Virus genome (UHGV): UHGV-0321443
Source: a virus
DNA: 31,784 nt
Direction: 5' to 3' (one strand)
The position numbers and the translations under genes are program-made. Below the pieces are notes generated by a model, which made no database searches, had not been told where the DNA came from, and worked only from the letters and a program-made list of their open reading frames with translations. Position 1 is the first letter of the stretch. Each line of letters begins with the position of its first letter. This document shows, one piece after another, positions 1-8,628 of this stretch.

Positions 1-71
1 CGGGTGATTCGTTCAAGTAAAGATTCGGAAGGGCAGCCAGCAACAGGCCACCCTGCAATGGCATATTGCAT
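1..71 (-). CDS. Hypothetical early-left (pL operon) protein, 5' end only; gene continues beyond the window start
   Basis: ATG at 71..69 preceded by AAGGAG with 8-nt spacing on the minus strand; reading frame open to the window edge (MQYAIAGWPVAGCPSESLLERITR...). No family recognised. Confidence 0.35.
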   Translation of the reverse strand, partial: MQYAIAGWPVAGCPSESLLERIT

Positions 72-269
72 GGTGTGCTCCTTATTTATACATAACGAAA
101 AACGCCTCGAGTGAAGCGTTATTGGTATGCATATAAAAAGGCCCTCACACTGGAGGGCAAAGAAGATTTCCAATAATCAGAACAAGTCGGCTCCTGTTTA
201 GTTACGAGCGACATTGCTCCGTGTATTCACTCGTTGGAATGAATACACAGTGCAGTGTTTATTCTGTTG

Positions 270-303
270 TTTATGCCAAAAATAAAGGCCGATTATGCGG
301 CCT
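270..303 (-). terminator. Rho-independent terminator (tL-like) overlapping the stop codon of the 293..916 gene
   Basis: Hairpin aggccg-attatg-cggcct at 286..303, followed on the minus strand by a U-run (revcomp of 270..285 reads tatttttggcataaac). Confidence 0.4.
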
Positions 304-916
304 CGGAAGGAAGTCCAATCATCTTATTCAAATCTTCTACCCGTAAAGCAGGAAGTGCTGTACTTGCTTTATCTGCTTCTTTTGGTAGCAATTCTTTGCT
401 TTCAGGCCAAACTTCAATAAGTCGCTTAACTGTTGTGACTGATTTCAAAGCAGCCCATACATTTGATTCGATATCCTTTTTCTTGGCTTCAAGTTTTTGT
501 TGCAATGCGCAGATTTCATCAAACCTTTTTGTTATTTCGTGTTCTGCGTCAAACATGCATTTATCTTTGATCGGAGTAGGGAGCAATATATCTTTGCCGT
601 TGCCGTCTTCCCCATATGAATGCCATCCAACCCTTCTGCCAGATACAGTCAGATAAATTGAAGTAGAACTAACATCGTATGAGTAAAATGAACATCCCAT
701 CTTTCCAAGTTCTTCACTTATAGCTACCAACTTGGATGATAACTGACCCACTTCCTCAGTTTTCTTTTTACCGCCAAACGCAATAACTCTGGCGTCAAGT
801 GCAAGCTGGTTCTTTAACTTTGTTACTTCTTCAAGTTCAGTGAACACCCCGGACTTAATTAAAGCGTTACGAGCGATTTCCTCTTTCATTCTCGTAGTTA
901 AGCGGATTGATGACAT
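293..916 (-). CDS. Hypothetical protein (207 aa), first gene downstream of N in the pL operon
   Basis: Six-frame ORF 293..976; internal ATG at 916 has SD GAGGA with 6-nt spacing (MSSIRLTTRMKEEIARN...). Position and orientation fit the pL operon. No recognisable domain. Confidence 0.5.
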   Translation of the reverse strand: MSSIRLTTRMKEEIARNALIKSGVFTELEEVTKLKNQLALDARVIAFGGKKKTEEVGQLSSKLVAISEELGKMGCSFYSYDVSSTSIYLTVSGRRVGWHSYGEDGNGKDILLPTPIKDKCMFDAEHEITKRFDEICALQQKLEAKKKDIESNVWAALKSVTTVKRLIEVWPESKELLPKEADKASTALPALRVEDLNKMIGLPSEAA

Positions 917-977
917 ATTAATTCCTCTCAAATAAGTGGTTTGCTGCCTAATTTCATTTTCTGGCGACCAACACAAG

Positions 978-1361
978 TCACCTCGCCGTCAGTTGTTTTG
1001 ATTTCCGGTATCCTGCTGCGTAAAGAGCTACATCTGGAAGACATACACCAGTTTCTGGTTGCTTATGTCCAAACTCATTCGCGTACACAATGGCCGCTCT
1101 CTCCAGATTGCGTCTGTATTCTTTCTGTTGCCAGATCACGTCCTGTGCCATGAACTTAATTGGCTTAGCGTCTTCTATGCGCTCAGGCGTTTCGTGAGTA
1201 CCTTTAGCCTGAATCTGCGCTCTGCTTAGAGTAGGGCGGTGTAATACTTCTGAACTTATTGCTTCTTCGCGGGCCAGTACGCCGTTAGCTAATGCCTTTG
1301 CCTTTAAACGCTCACGACGACGAGAACGTGAATTGCCTTTGAACTGAGTTCTGCGTGTCAT
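978..1361 (-). CDS. N-like transcription antiterminator (P22 gp24-like)
   Basis: Arg-rich N-terminal motif (GNSRSRRRERLKAKALA) and C-terminus VALYAAGYRKSKQLTAR, close to my recollection of the P22 gp24 C-terminus; AGGAGG SD upstream; sits immediately downstream of pL and nutL. Confidence 0.7.
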   Translation of the reverse strand: MTRRTQFKGNSRSRRRERLKAKALANGVLAREEAISSEVLHRPTLSRAQIQAKGTHETPERIEDAKPIKFMAQDVIWQQKEYRRNLERAAIVYANEFGHKQPETGVCLPDVALYAAGYRKSKQLTAR

Positions 1362-1526
1362 ATAGACCTCCTGATGAACTTTGGTGGTGTGGTAGGTGGG
1401 AGACCCATTTCGACCTGTTTCGGCCTACTTCAATTCGGCAATAGTCCCGCAGGCCTCGCCGCTTTACGTGCGACATATTCCCGTCCATGAACCCTTCACC
1501 ACACCCCAAAGTTCACTTTGGTTATT

Positions 1527-1541
1527 GCGCTTTGTCAGCGC
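1527..1541 (-). promoter_or_regulatory. nutL boxB hairpin (P22-type)
   Basis: Minus-strand transcript reads GCGCUGACAAAGCGC (4-bp GC stem, 7-nt loop), matching the P22 boxB as I remember it; lies between pL and the N start. Confidence 0.55.
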
Positions 1542-1609
1542 CGTAGATTCATATTCGAATCGTTGTATATTCACCGCCCTGGTGAGTAGTGCGTCCTGCT
1601 GATGTGTTT

Positions 1610-1639
1610 AGTATCACCGCCAGTGGTATTTATGTCAAC
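1610..1639 (-). promoter_or_regulatory. pL early leftward promoter
   Basis: Minus strand reads TTGACA - 17 nt - GATACT, overlapping oL1 and oL2 as in lambda. Confidence 0.75.
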
Positions 1640-1672
1640 ACCGCCAGAGATAATTTATCGCCGCAGATGGTT
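1612..1672. promoter_or_regulatory. oL1-oL2-oL3 operator array (lambda-type CI/Cro sites)
   Basis: Three 17-bp sites: tatcaccgccagtggta (1612..1628), caacaccgccagagata (1636..1652), tatcgccgcagatggtt (1656..1672); the first two match lambda oL1/oL2 as I recall them. Confidence 0.8.
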
Positions 1673-1831
1673 ATCTGTATGTTTTTTATATAGATTTATT
1701 TTTTTGCAGGGGTGTGTGGCTTGGGAGGTGATCGAGAGATCTGAATTGCGATGTTTAGTGAGTTGTATCTATTAATTTTCAAATAAATACAATTGGTTAT
1801 GTGTTTTGGGGCGAACGTGAGGCAAAGAAAA

Positions 1832-1859
1832 CCCGGCGCGGTGGCCGGGTTTATTTATT
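1832..1859. terminator. Bidirectional rho-independent terminator (t-imm-like) closing the cI-side operon
   Basis: Hairpin cccggc-gcggtg-gccggg at 1832..1849, flanked by T-rich runs on both strands (tttatttatt on plus; ttttctttg on minus). Overlaps the stop codon of the 1855..2505 gene. Confidence 0.6.
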
Positions 1860-2505
1860 GCTTAGGAGCTTGTTGTGATGACGATTGGTTAGTTGGAGCG
1901 CTCGTTAATGGTTGCTGTGTCGGTACCTGTATTATAATTGGAGCCGGGCTGGTTACTGATGGTGACTTGTCATTGCCGGAGATAATCCAACTTGAGGCTA
2001 ACATCACGCCAGACAGAATCACAGTAACTAAAGTCAAGCCAACGGCCATCGCCCACTGAGTCGTTGTAAGTCCCGTTTTCAAACCGCCGATTTCACCTTT
2101 AATTTCAGCAATACCTCTCTCAATAGAAGAAAATTGCTGAGTATAATAGGTTTTAAAGTCAGCTGATTCGCGACGCATTTCCGCAGCAATAGACTCTACC
2201 TCTGATTTGTTTTGTGAAAGCTTTGCGTCAAGTTCTTCTCTGGACATTCCGCTCACGCTTACCTCCAGGGTATCACTCTTCATCGCTACATCTTCCTTAC
2301 TTGGGCGCAAACCCGTTTCGTCCATGGCGTATGAAACTCTATTTGATACCTTAGCATCAATACCAATACTTTGGTACTGAGATGGATCCCCATAAGGAGA
2401 AACGGTTGTCGCTGCTAGGGTTGCACTAACTATAATACTTGGAAGAACTGATGATGTTGTTCCTGAGGTAGGTTGAACTGAAGAAACTGGCTTCAGTCTT
2501 TCCAT
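1855..2505 (-). CDS. Hypothetical membrane-anchored protein (216 aa) with N-terminal Ser/Thr-rich region, central charged helical region, one predicted TM helix and a Ser/Thr/Pro/Gln-rich C-terminal tail
   Basis: Six-frame ORF; hydrophobic stretch WAMAVGLTLVTVILSGVMLASSWII; start overlaps the upstream gene's stop by 13 nt (ATGGAAAGACTGA), implying translational coupling; ends at the terminator before oL. Confidence 0.55.
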   Translation of the reverse strand: MERLKPVSSVQPTSGTTSSVLPSIIVSATLAATTVSPYGDPSQYQSIGIDAKVSNRVSYAMDETGLRPSKEDVAMKSDTLEVSVSGMSREELDAKLSQNKSEVESIAAEMRRESADFKTYYTQQFSSIERGIAEIKGEIGGLKTGLTTTQWAMAVGLTLVTVILSGVMLASSWIISGNDKSPSVTSPAPIIIQVPTQQPLTSAPTNQSSSQQAPKQ

Positions 2506-2759
2506 AGCCCATTATCCCTGAGAGCTACCTGTAATGATTTTACTAATGCAACAGCTTGATCCGGGCTCATTGAGACTGACATGTTAGGGGTCAACTCAAC
2601 TTTTACTTGGAAGCTATTCTTTCCTTGCTCATCAGACTGCATGTGATGCTCAAATTCATGGCGGTAAAAAGTAATGATTGTTTCAGCACGATCAGGCGTA
2701 ATAAGAACTGATGTGGCGGTCATGTGCTGAGGTATGATTTTAATAGTGTTATCTGACAT
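2493..2759 (-). CDS. Hypothetical small protein (88 aa; the ORF could extend to 2900 for 135 aa)
   Basis: ATG at 2759 has AAGGA about 5 nt upstream (MSDNTIKIIPQHMTATSV...); upstream in-frame Met codons lack an SD. No recognisable domain. Confidence 0.45.
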   Translation of the reverse strand: MSDNTIKIIPQHMTATSVLITPDRAETIITFYRHEFEHHMQSDEQGKNSFQVKVELTPNMSVSMSPDQAVALVKSLQVALRDNGLWKD

Positions 2760-2951
2760 AAGTATCCTTTTTGTTTCCTTAGTATTTTTTTGCATTGACA
2801 TCAGAAATAGCGAATCCACAAGAGTATGAGTAAAGCTAATCAGTTTAGTGATACGGTGACTATTAAAGTGGTAAACCACATCAAAGCTCGCAGAGTGCAT
2901 ACCAGGCTGTCACACATGACAAAGTAACGAGGATGCCTGATCTCATAGCGC

Positions 2952-3107
2952 TCAAAGAGACATGCCGATAATGGCATTAACCACGCATGACGCCATAAAC
3001 ACGCCGCCAACGATGAAGCTGGCTTGGTTCTTCCTGGTAGCGCCAAGAGTCAACAGAACCACTGAAAGGGCAAAAAAAGGTATCGCGATTATGCTGAACG
3101 TGTTCAT
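2952..3107 (-). CDS. Small hydrophobic protein, 51 aa, two predicted TM helices
   Basis: Hand translation of the minus strand: MNTFSIIAIPFFALSVVLLTLGATRKNQASFIVGGVFMASCVVNAIIGMSL; SD GAGG 5 nt upstream of the ATG; 77 bp downstream of the cI stop on the same strand. Below the ORF-track size cutoff. Confidence 0.4.
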   Translation of the reverse strand: MNTFSIIAIPFFALSVVLLTLGATRKNQASFIVGGVFMASCVVNAIIGMSL

Positions 3108-3184
3108 GTTGACCTCAACTTATTTCGATTCTCCATCACCCTTAATCCGCCGCCCCATGTGTTTGTTGTGATTCGTTGCTGGCC

Positions 3185-3901
<717 letters not shown>

Positions 3902-3908
3902 TTAAATC

Positions 3909-3972
3909 TATCACCGCAAGGGATAAATATCTAACGCCGTGCGTGTTGACTATTTTACCTCTAGCGGTGATA
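3909..3972. promoter_or_regulatory. oR3-oR2-oR1 operator array with overlapping divergent pRM/pR promoters
   Basis: tatcaccgcaagggata (3909..3925), taacgccgtgcgtgttg (3932..3948), tacctctagcggtgata (3956..3972); pR reads TTGACT (3946..3951) - 17 nt - GATAAT (3969..3974) towards cro. Confidence 0.85.
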
Positions 3973-3989
3973 ATGGTTGCATGTACTAA

Positions 3990-4199
<210 letters not shown>

Positions 4200-4237
4200 G
4201 TAACACCGCTATTTTCACAATGGACATTCGTCCTACG

Positions 4238-4252
4238 TCGCTGACAAAGCGA
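4238..4252 (+). promoter_or_regulatory. nutR boxB hairpin (P22-type); possible boxA at 4208..4216
   Basis: tcgcTGACAAAgcga stem-loop with the same GACAAA-type loop as the nutL site at 1527..1541; upstream cgctatttt resembles boxA. Confidence 0.5.
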
Positions 4253-4337
4253 GTCCCAATATATCTGACCAACTAAGGCCATATGCGTTTCCACGCATAC
4301 CTTTCAACTAACTATTCACTATTGGAAATCTTAAGAA

Positions 4338-4634
4338 ATGGAACAAACAAGTTACAGCAAACTATCACAGCGCGACGTTGATCGCGCAGAAACAGATTTA
4401 CTTATCAACCTGTCAACGCTTACCCAGCGCGGTCTGGCAAAGATGATTGGCTGTCATGAATCGAAGATAAGCAGAACGGACTGGAGATTTATTGCTTCGG
4501 TCTTGTGTGCTTTCGGAATGGCATCAGACATCAGTCCGATTAGCAGGGCTTTTAAGTATGCGCTTGATGGACTCACCAATAAAAAACGCCCGGCGGCAAC
4601 CGAGCGTTCTGAACAAATCCAGATGGATTTTTAA
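4338..4634 (+). CDS. cII: CII-like transcriptional activator (mosaic: divergent N-terminus, lambda-like C-terminus)
   Basis: C-terminal TNKKRPAATERSEQIQMDF matches the lambda CII C-terminus from memory; the N-terminal two-thirds differs; located right of cro and nutR. Confidence 0.75.
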   Translation: MEQTSYSKLSQRDVDRAETDLLINLSTLTQRGLAKMIGCHESKISRTDWRFIASVLCAFGMASDISPISRAFKYALDGLTNKKRPAATERSEQIQMDF

Positions 4635-4655
4635 CTGCTTTCTATGGAGTTAATT

Positions 4656-5456
4656 ATGGCAAAAAAACCTACACCAGACCAGGTAAAAAAGATTCGTTCC
4701 GGCATTACCAAGAAAATACGGTTTGAGGTTTTCAAGCGCGATGGCTTCAAATGCCAGTACTGTGGGAGTTCTGCGCCAGACGTCATCCTTCATGTCGACC
4801 ATATCAACCCAGTTAGCAAGGGTGGCGATAACGACATGATGAACCTTATTACTTCTTGCGATAGTTGTAATGGCGGGAAAAGCGACAAACTGCTCAGCGA
4901 TAACTCAATAATGGAAAAGCAAAGGCAGCAACTCCAGGAACTTAATACCAAGCGAGAGCAACTGGAGATGATGATCAAGTGGCGAGATGGTCTTAAGAGC
5001 CTGAAAGACGATGTTGTTGATATTGTCGCTACCAAAATTGACGACTGCATTGCACCATTTACTGTTAATGACAATGGGCGAAAATCTATCAAGAGATGGC
5101 TTCGAATATATAAGCTTGAAGAAATCCTCGATGCGATTGAGATTGCCGCAGATAAAAAACTCACCCAAGAAATAACCCATGAGCTTACTGGTGAATTCTT
5201 TGAGTACATCCCTCGCATAGCAGCGACAAAAAGAAAACCGCCAAAAGAACAAAGGATTCTATACATCAGAGGAATCCTTAAAAACCGCATATATATCAAT
5301 CAAAACCATGTAATGAGTTATCTCAAGGCATGGCTTTCATACGACTTAGATCTCGATGAACTTACTGAGTTTGCGAAAACAGTACCTAACTGGACAACGT
5401 TCAAGGAGTGGGTATCTGAACGCATTCGTGAAGCTCAGGAAGAACTCCCGTACTAA
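4656..5456 (+). CDS. HNH endonuclease-domain protein with an unknown C-terminal domain
   Basis: HNH motif region CQYCG...HVDHINPVSKGGDNDMMNLITSCDSCN; SD GGAG before the ATG at 4656; visibly AT-richer than neighbouring genes. Confidence 0.65.
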   Translation: MAKKPTPDQVKKIRSGITKKIRFEVFKRDGFKCQYCGSSAPDVILHVDHINPVSKGGDNDMMNLITSCDSCNGGKSDKLLSDNSIMEKQRQQLQELNTKREQLEMMIKWRDGLKSLKDDVVDIVATKIDDCIAPFTVNDNGRKSIKRWLRIYKLEEILDAIEIAADKKLTQEITHELTGEFFEYIPRIAATKRKPPKEQRILYIRGILKNRIYINQNHVMSYLKAWLSYDLDLDELTEFAKTVPNWTTFKEWVSERIREAQEELPY

Positions 5457-5467
5457 AGGTGGACAAA

Positions 5468-6334
5468 ATGGCACGTTCAAGAAATATCAAACCAGGCTTT
5501 TTCACCAATGATGAATTAGCTGAGTGTTCTCCATATGCCCGTCTCCTTTTTGCCGGGTTATGGACTATTGCTGACAAAGAAGGGCGGTTGGATGATCGCC
5601 CAAAGAAAATTAAAGCAATGGTACTGCCTTTCGATGATGTGGACTGCAATGATCTGCTTCAGCAGCTTCACAGTCACAAATTCATCAACCGATATCAGGT
5701 AAATGGCGGCTCATATATCCAAATCAATAACTGGAAAAAGCACCAGAACCCTCACTGCAAAGAAGCAGCCAGTGAGATACCAGAACCAGTAGAGAACAAT
5801 AACAGCACCATGCAAGTACAGTGCAAGGACGATAAAGAGGAAGAGAAGGAGGATGCCGAATCACTACAAGTCATTGAAAACAATGGAGCACCAGAAAAGC
5901 ACCATGCAAGTACAGTGCAAGAACCAGTAGAGAACAGTTTAAATCCTGCTGATTCCCTTAACCTGATTCCTGATTCCCTTTCTAACACCCAAGCCGCTGA
6001 CGCGACTTGTGAAGGGGGTGGGGCTGATGTCCATAAAATTTCAAGTCGCTATGCATTCGAAGGAAATATCGTTCGGTTAAACCACAAGGACTACGAAGCA
6101 TGGAAGCGCCTGTATCCGAACATTGACCTGAATTACGAACTGGAAAGGCTGGATATCGAATTTAGCCATGAGAAGCCAAAGAACTGGTTTATCACTGCCA
6201 GCCAGAAACTCAGCTACCAGAACAAGCAGGCGTTATCCAGACCGGTACGCAAGGTTGCTAATGGACTTAAGGCTGAAAACTTTGCCACCAAAGATTACGG
6301 ACAAACTGAAATGCCTTCATGGGCGCAGGAGTGA
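5468..6334 (+). CDS. Replication initiation protein (O-like replisome organiser)
   Basis: N-terminus MARSRNIKPGFFTNDELAECSPYARLLFAGLWTIADKEGRLDDRPKKIKAMVLPFDD resembles phage replication-initiator N-domains; SD AAGGTGG; contains internal direct repeats; followed by the helicase-loader gene. Confidence 0.65.
   Translation: MARSRNIKPGFFTNDELAECSPYARLLFAGLWTIADKEGRLDDRPKKIKAMVLPFDDVDCNDLLQQLHSHKFINRYQVNGGSYIQINNWKKHQNPHCKEAASEIPEPVENNNSTMQVQCKDDKEEEKEDAESLQVIENNGAPEKHHASTVQEPVENSLNPADSLNLIPDSLSNTQAADATCEGGGADVHKISSRYAFEGNIVRLNHKDYEAWKRLYPNIDLNYELERLDIEFSHEKPKNWFITASQKLSYQNKQALSRPVRKVANGLKAENFATKDYGQTEMPSWAQE
5781..5985. repeat. Iteron-like direct repeats inside the O-like gene (candidate replication origin)
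   Basis: gaaccagtagagaaca occurs at about 5785 and 5922; caccatgcaagtacagtgcaag at about 5816 and 5901; tgattcc(c) occurs three times in 5951..5980. Confidence 0.5.
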
Positions 6335-6336
6335 AC

Positions 6337-7182
6337 ATGACGCTGGATGAAAAGATCTCGCAACTGGAGAAAAAACTTGCAGAATTGAGTTCTCCGCCAA
6401 TTGCTATCGAGCATACAGCTGTAGAAATTGGCACTGGCATCTGTGAAAAACATGGTGAGTTTGAGCAGCGTAACCGTTATTCGACAGGGACAATTAAGTT
6501 TGCCTCAAGACCTAGCGAATGCCCGGAATGCATGAGAGATGAGCTTATTCGGCTACAGGCAGAGAAGATTAAAATCGACGAAGAATCACGTAAGCGCAAT
6601 GTCGAGTTTCTGTTGAATAATCTTGATATTCCTGAACGATTCAAGGGTTGCACACTACAGAACTACGAGCCAGTCAACGACGATGCAAAGAGAGTGCTCA
6701 GGGTGTGTCAGGCATACGCCAGCAAATGGCCTGAGAGGTTACAGAAAGGCGGTGGGCTGGTTATGTGTGGAAAGCCTGGTACTGGAAAGAATCATCTTGC
6801 ACTGGCTATCGCCCGGCACGCAATTACGGAACATCAAAGCTCAGCTATTTTCACAACGGCGCTGAAAATTGCCAGAGAATATAAATCAACATGGTCGAAA
6901 AACTCCACCCGCACAGAGGATGAAGTGATCCGACAGTTCACTAAACCTGACCTGCTAATTATCGATGAGGTTGGTGTGCAGTTTGGAAGCGAGGCGGAAA
7001 AGATGATCATGTTCGAAATCATCAACACCCGCTACGAGCGCATGAAGCCAACAATCCTGATTAGCAACCAGAGCAAAGATGAACTTTCGGCATTCATTGG
7101 TGAGCGTGTTATTGACAGGATGAATGATGGCGGCGGATGCACCCTTGCGTTTACATGGGATAGTTACAGGAGCAGATCGTGA
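6337..7182 (+). CDS. DnaC/IstB-like AAA+ ATPase (replicative helicase loader)
   Basis: Walker A GKPGTGKNHLALAIA and Walker B LLIIDEVG; start immediately follows the O-like stop, with SD AGGAG. Confidence 0.8.
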   Translation: MTLDEKISQLEKKLAELSSPPIAIEHTAVEIGTGICEKHGEFEQRNRYSTGTIKFASRPSECPECMRDELIRLQAEKIKIDEESRKRNVEFLLNNLDIPERFKGCTLQNYEPVNDDAKRVLRVCQAYASKWPERLQKGGGLVMCGKPGTGKNHLALAIARHAITEHQSSAIFTTALKIAREYKSTWSKNSTRTEDEVIRQFTKPDLLIIDEVGVQFGSEAEKMIMFEIINTRYERMKPTILISNQSKDELSAFIGERVIDRMNDGGGCTLAFTWDSYRSRS

Positions 7183-7469
7183 CTGGAAAAGAAATCATCC
7201 TGGAATATCTGAAAACTCATGAACAATTCTCCCCACATGAATTAGCTCTGATCACCGGAATACCAAATAACAGAATCGCTCAAGCAGCAAGGCATATGGT
7301 GAAACAAGGGCATTTGAGTGTTGTTGAGCGTAAGTGGAAGACGGTTATTTATGCAAAACGCAAAGTGAAGAAGGAGCCAATTAAAAGAAATCCAGATGGT
7401 ACGGGATGGGGATGTGCAAATCCAATGACGGCGTTTATTAATAGGGCGCTTATGGAGGTAAGGCAATGA
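7179..7469 (+). CDS. Hypothetical small protein (possible winged-helix DNA-binding)
   Basis: Six-frame ORF; GTG start overlapping the DnaC-like stop (GTGA). Not otherwise recognised. Confidence 0.4.
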   Translation: MTGKEIILEYLKTHEQFSPHELALITGIPNNRIAQAARHMVKQGHLSVVERKWKTVIYAKRKVKKEPIKRNPDGTGWGCANPMTAFINRALMEVRQ

Positions 7470-7547
7470 CCATCTACATCACTGAGCTAATAGCAGGGTT
7501 ATCGTTACTAATGGTTCTTACTGTATATATTATTAAGTATATTCTTT

Positions 7548-8159
7548 ATGCGAATAAAAAAACCAATTGATCACGATGAGCTTCTGTCAACATTATCATA
7601 TGACTCAGAAACAGGAATATTTAAATGGCTAAAAACAAATTCAGTAGTAAGAGTAAAAGGTAGTATTGCTGGAGGTGTTAGTGGTGGTTATATATGCATT
7701 AGCATAAATAATGTTTTGTATTATGCGCATAGGCTTGCTTGGTTCTATGTATACAAAAAATGGCCTCCTAAGTTTATTGATCATGTAAATGGGAACAGAC
7801 TTGACAATAGGATTTCAAATCTAAGACTGGCAACAGAGGAGCAGAATGCAAGAAACATTGTAGGTAATAGGTTAAACACATCCGGTGCGATTGGAGTGTC
7901 TTGGGATAAGACAACTGGCAGGTGGAAGTCTTATGTTGGTTATAAAAATAAGACAATATCGTTAGGGTATTTCGATAGCAAAGAAGATGCAGCATTCATA
8001 GCAGCACTAGCAAGAAAGAAACTATATGGAACTTATGCGAGTAAAGCACTTAATTGCGAGCATGAGCTTTTATCTCAATTTAATAATGATGAGGATAAAC
8101 TTGCGGAATATCTTAAGGAAAAATCTAAAAGGACTCGAAAGCGTGTTAAAAAAAGATAA
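7548..8159 (+). CDS. HNH homing-endonuclease-like protein with AP2-like DNA-binding domain
   Basis: HRLAWFYVYKKWPPKFIDHVNGNRLDNRISNLRLATEEQNARN is a typical HNH_3 signature; gene is conspicuously AT-rich; followed by a strong terminator. Confidence 0.65.
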   Translation: MRIKKPIDHDELLSTLSYDSETGIFKWLKTNSVVRVKGSIAGGVSGGYICISINNVLYYAHRLAWFYVYKKWPPKFIDHVNGNRLDNRISNLRLATEEQNARNIVGNRLNTSGAIGVSWDKTTGRWKSYVGYKNKTISLGYFDSKEDAAFIAALARKKLYGTYASKALNCEHELLSQFNNDEDKLAEYLKEKSKRTRKRVKKR

Positions 8160-8191
8160 AGGCCTGCTGGTAATCGCAGGCCTTTTTATTT
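8160..8191 (+). terminator. Rho-independent terminator
   Basis: ggcctgc-tggtaatc-gcaggcc hairpin followed by tttttattt. Confidence 0.7.
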
Positions 8192-8219
8192 GGGGGAGAG
8201 TAATTGGAGGATTTAAGAA

Positions 8220-8435
8220 ATGAGTACGATAGCTGAGCTTGTCAGGGCTAATTTTCGTGAAGAGTTGGCGCGTTGGTATCGGTATCGTTCATCGTCCAGT
8301 TTGCCGCTTGATGAGTTGTATGAGCATTCACCTGCCGCACGACGCTATCCGCGTGACCGTGTTCTTCGGCGGTTGTTCAGACTCAACAATGAGTTTCAGC
8401 GCAACAGAATAATCCGGAGTCTGGATTTAAAGTGA
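8220..8435 (+). CDS. Hypothetical small nin-region protein
   Basis: Six-frame ORF only. Confidence 0.3.
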   Translation: MSTIAELVRANFREELARWYRYRSSSSLPLDELYEHSPAARRYPRDRVLRRLFRLNNEFQRNRIIRSLDLK

Positions 8436-8445
8436 AGGAGTGAGC

Positions 8446-8628
8446 ATGAGCGAGCAAATATTCAGAGAGATTAAGCCACGGTTTTATCGCAAGGTAAGGG
8501 TAGTTTATCAGGACGAAAACAAGACCTGTGCATACGCCATTCATAATGGTCGGTGGTCAGTGTTCGACACCAAAAACTTCGAGAAGAACTTCGAGAGGAT
8601 TAAGGGTGATGAGGAAACTAACATTTGA
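8446..8628 (+). CDS. Hypothetical small nin-region protein
   Basis: AAGGAG SD 5 nt before the ATG at 8446. Confidence 0.35.
   Translation: MSEQIFREIKPRFYRKVRVVYQDENKTCAYAIHNGRWSVFDTKNFEKNFERIKGDEETNI

Noticed and set aside
255-656. Plus-strand 133-aa ORF
   Set aside because: Lies entirely antisense to the better-supported minus-strand gene 293..916, which has an SD and operon context; no SD of its own.
2962-3171. Plus-strand 69-aa ORF, and the minus-strand 68-aa ORF at 2840..3046, between cI and the cassette
   Set aside because: Both overlap the small two-TM gene (2952..3107), which has a much better SD and a coherent hydrophobic product; neither has a convincing start context.
4790-5299. 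Minus-strand ORFs (169 aa and 115 aa) inside the HNH gene
   Set aside because: Antisense to a gene with a clear HNH motif; low-complexity, AT-driven translations typical of shadow ORFs.
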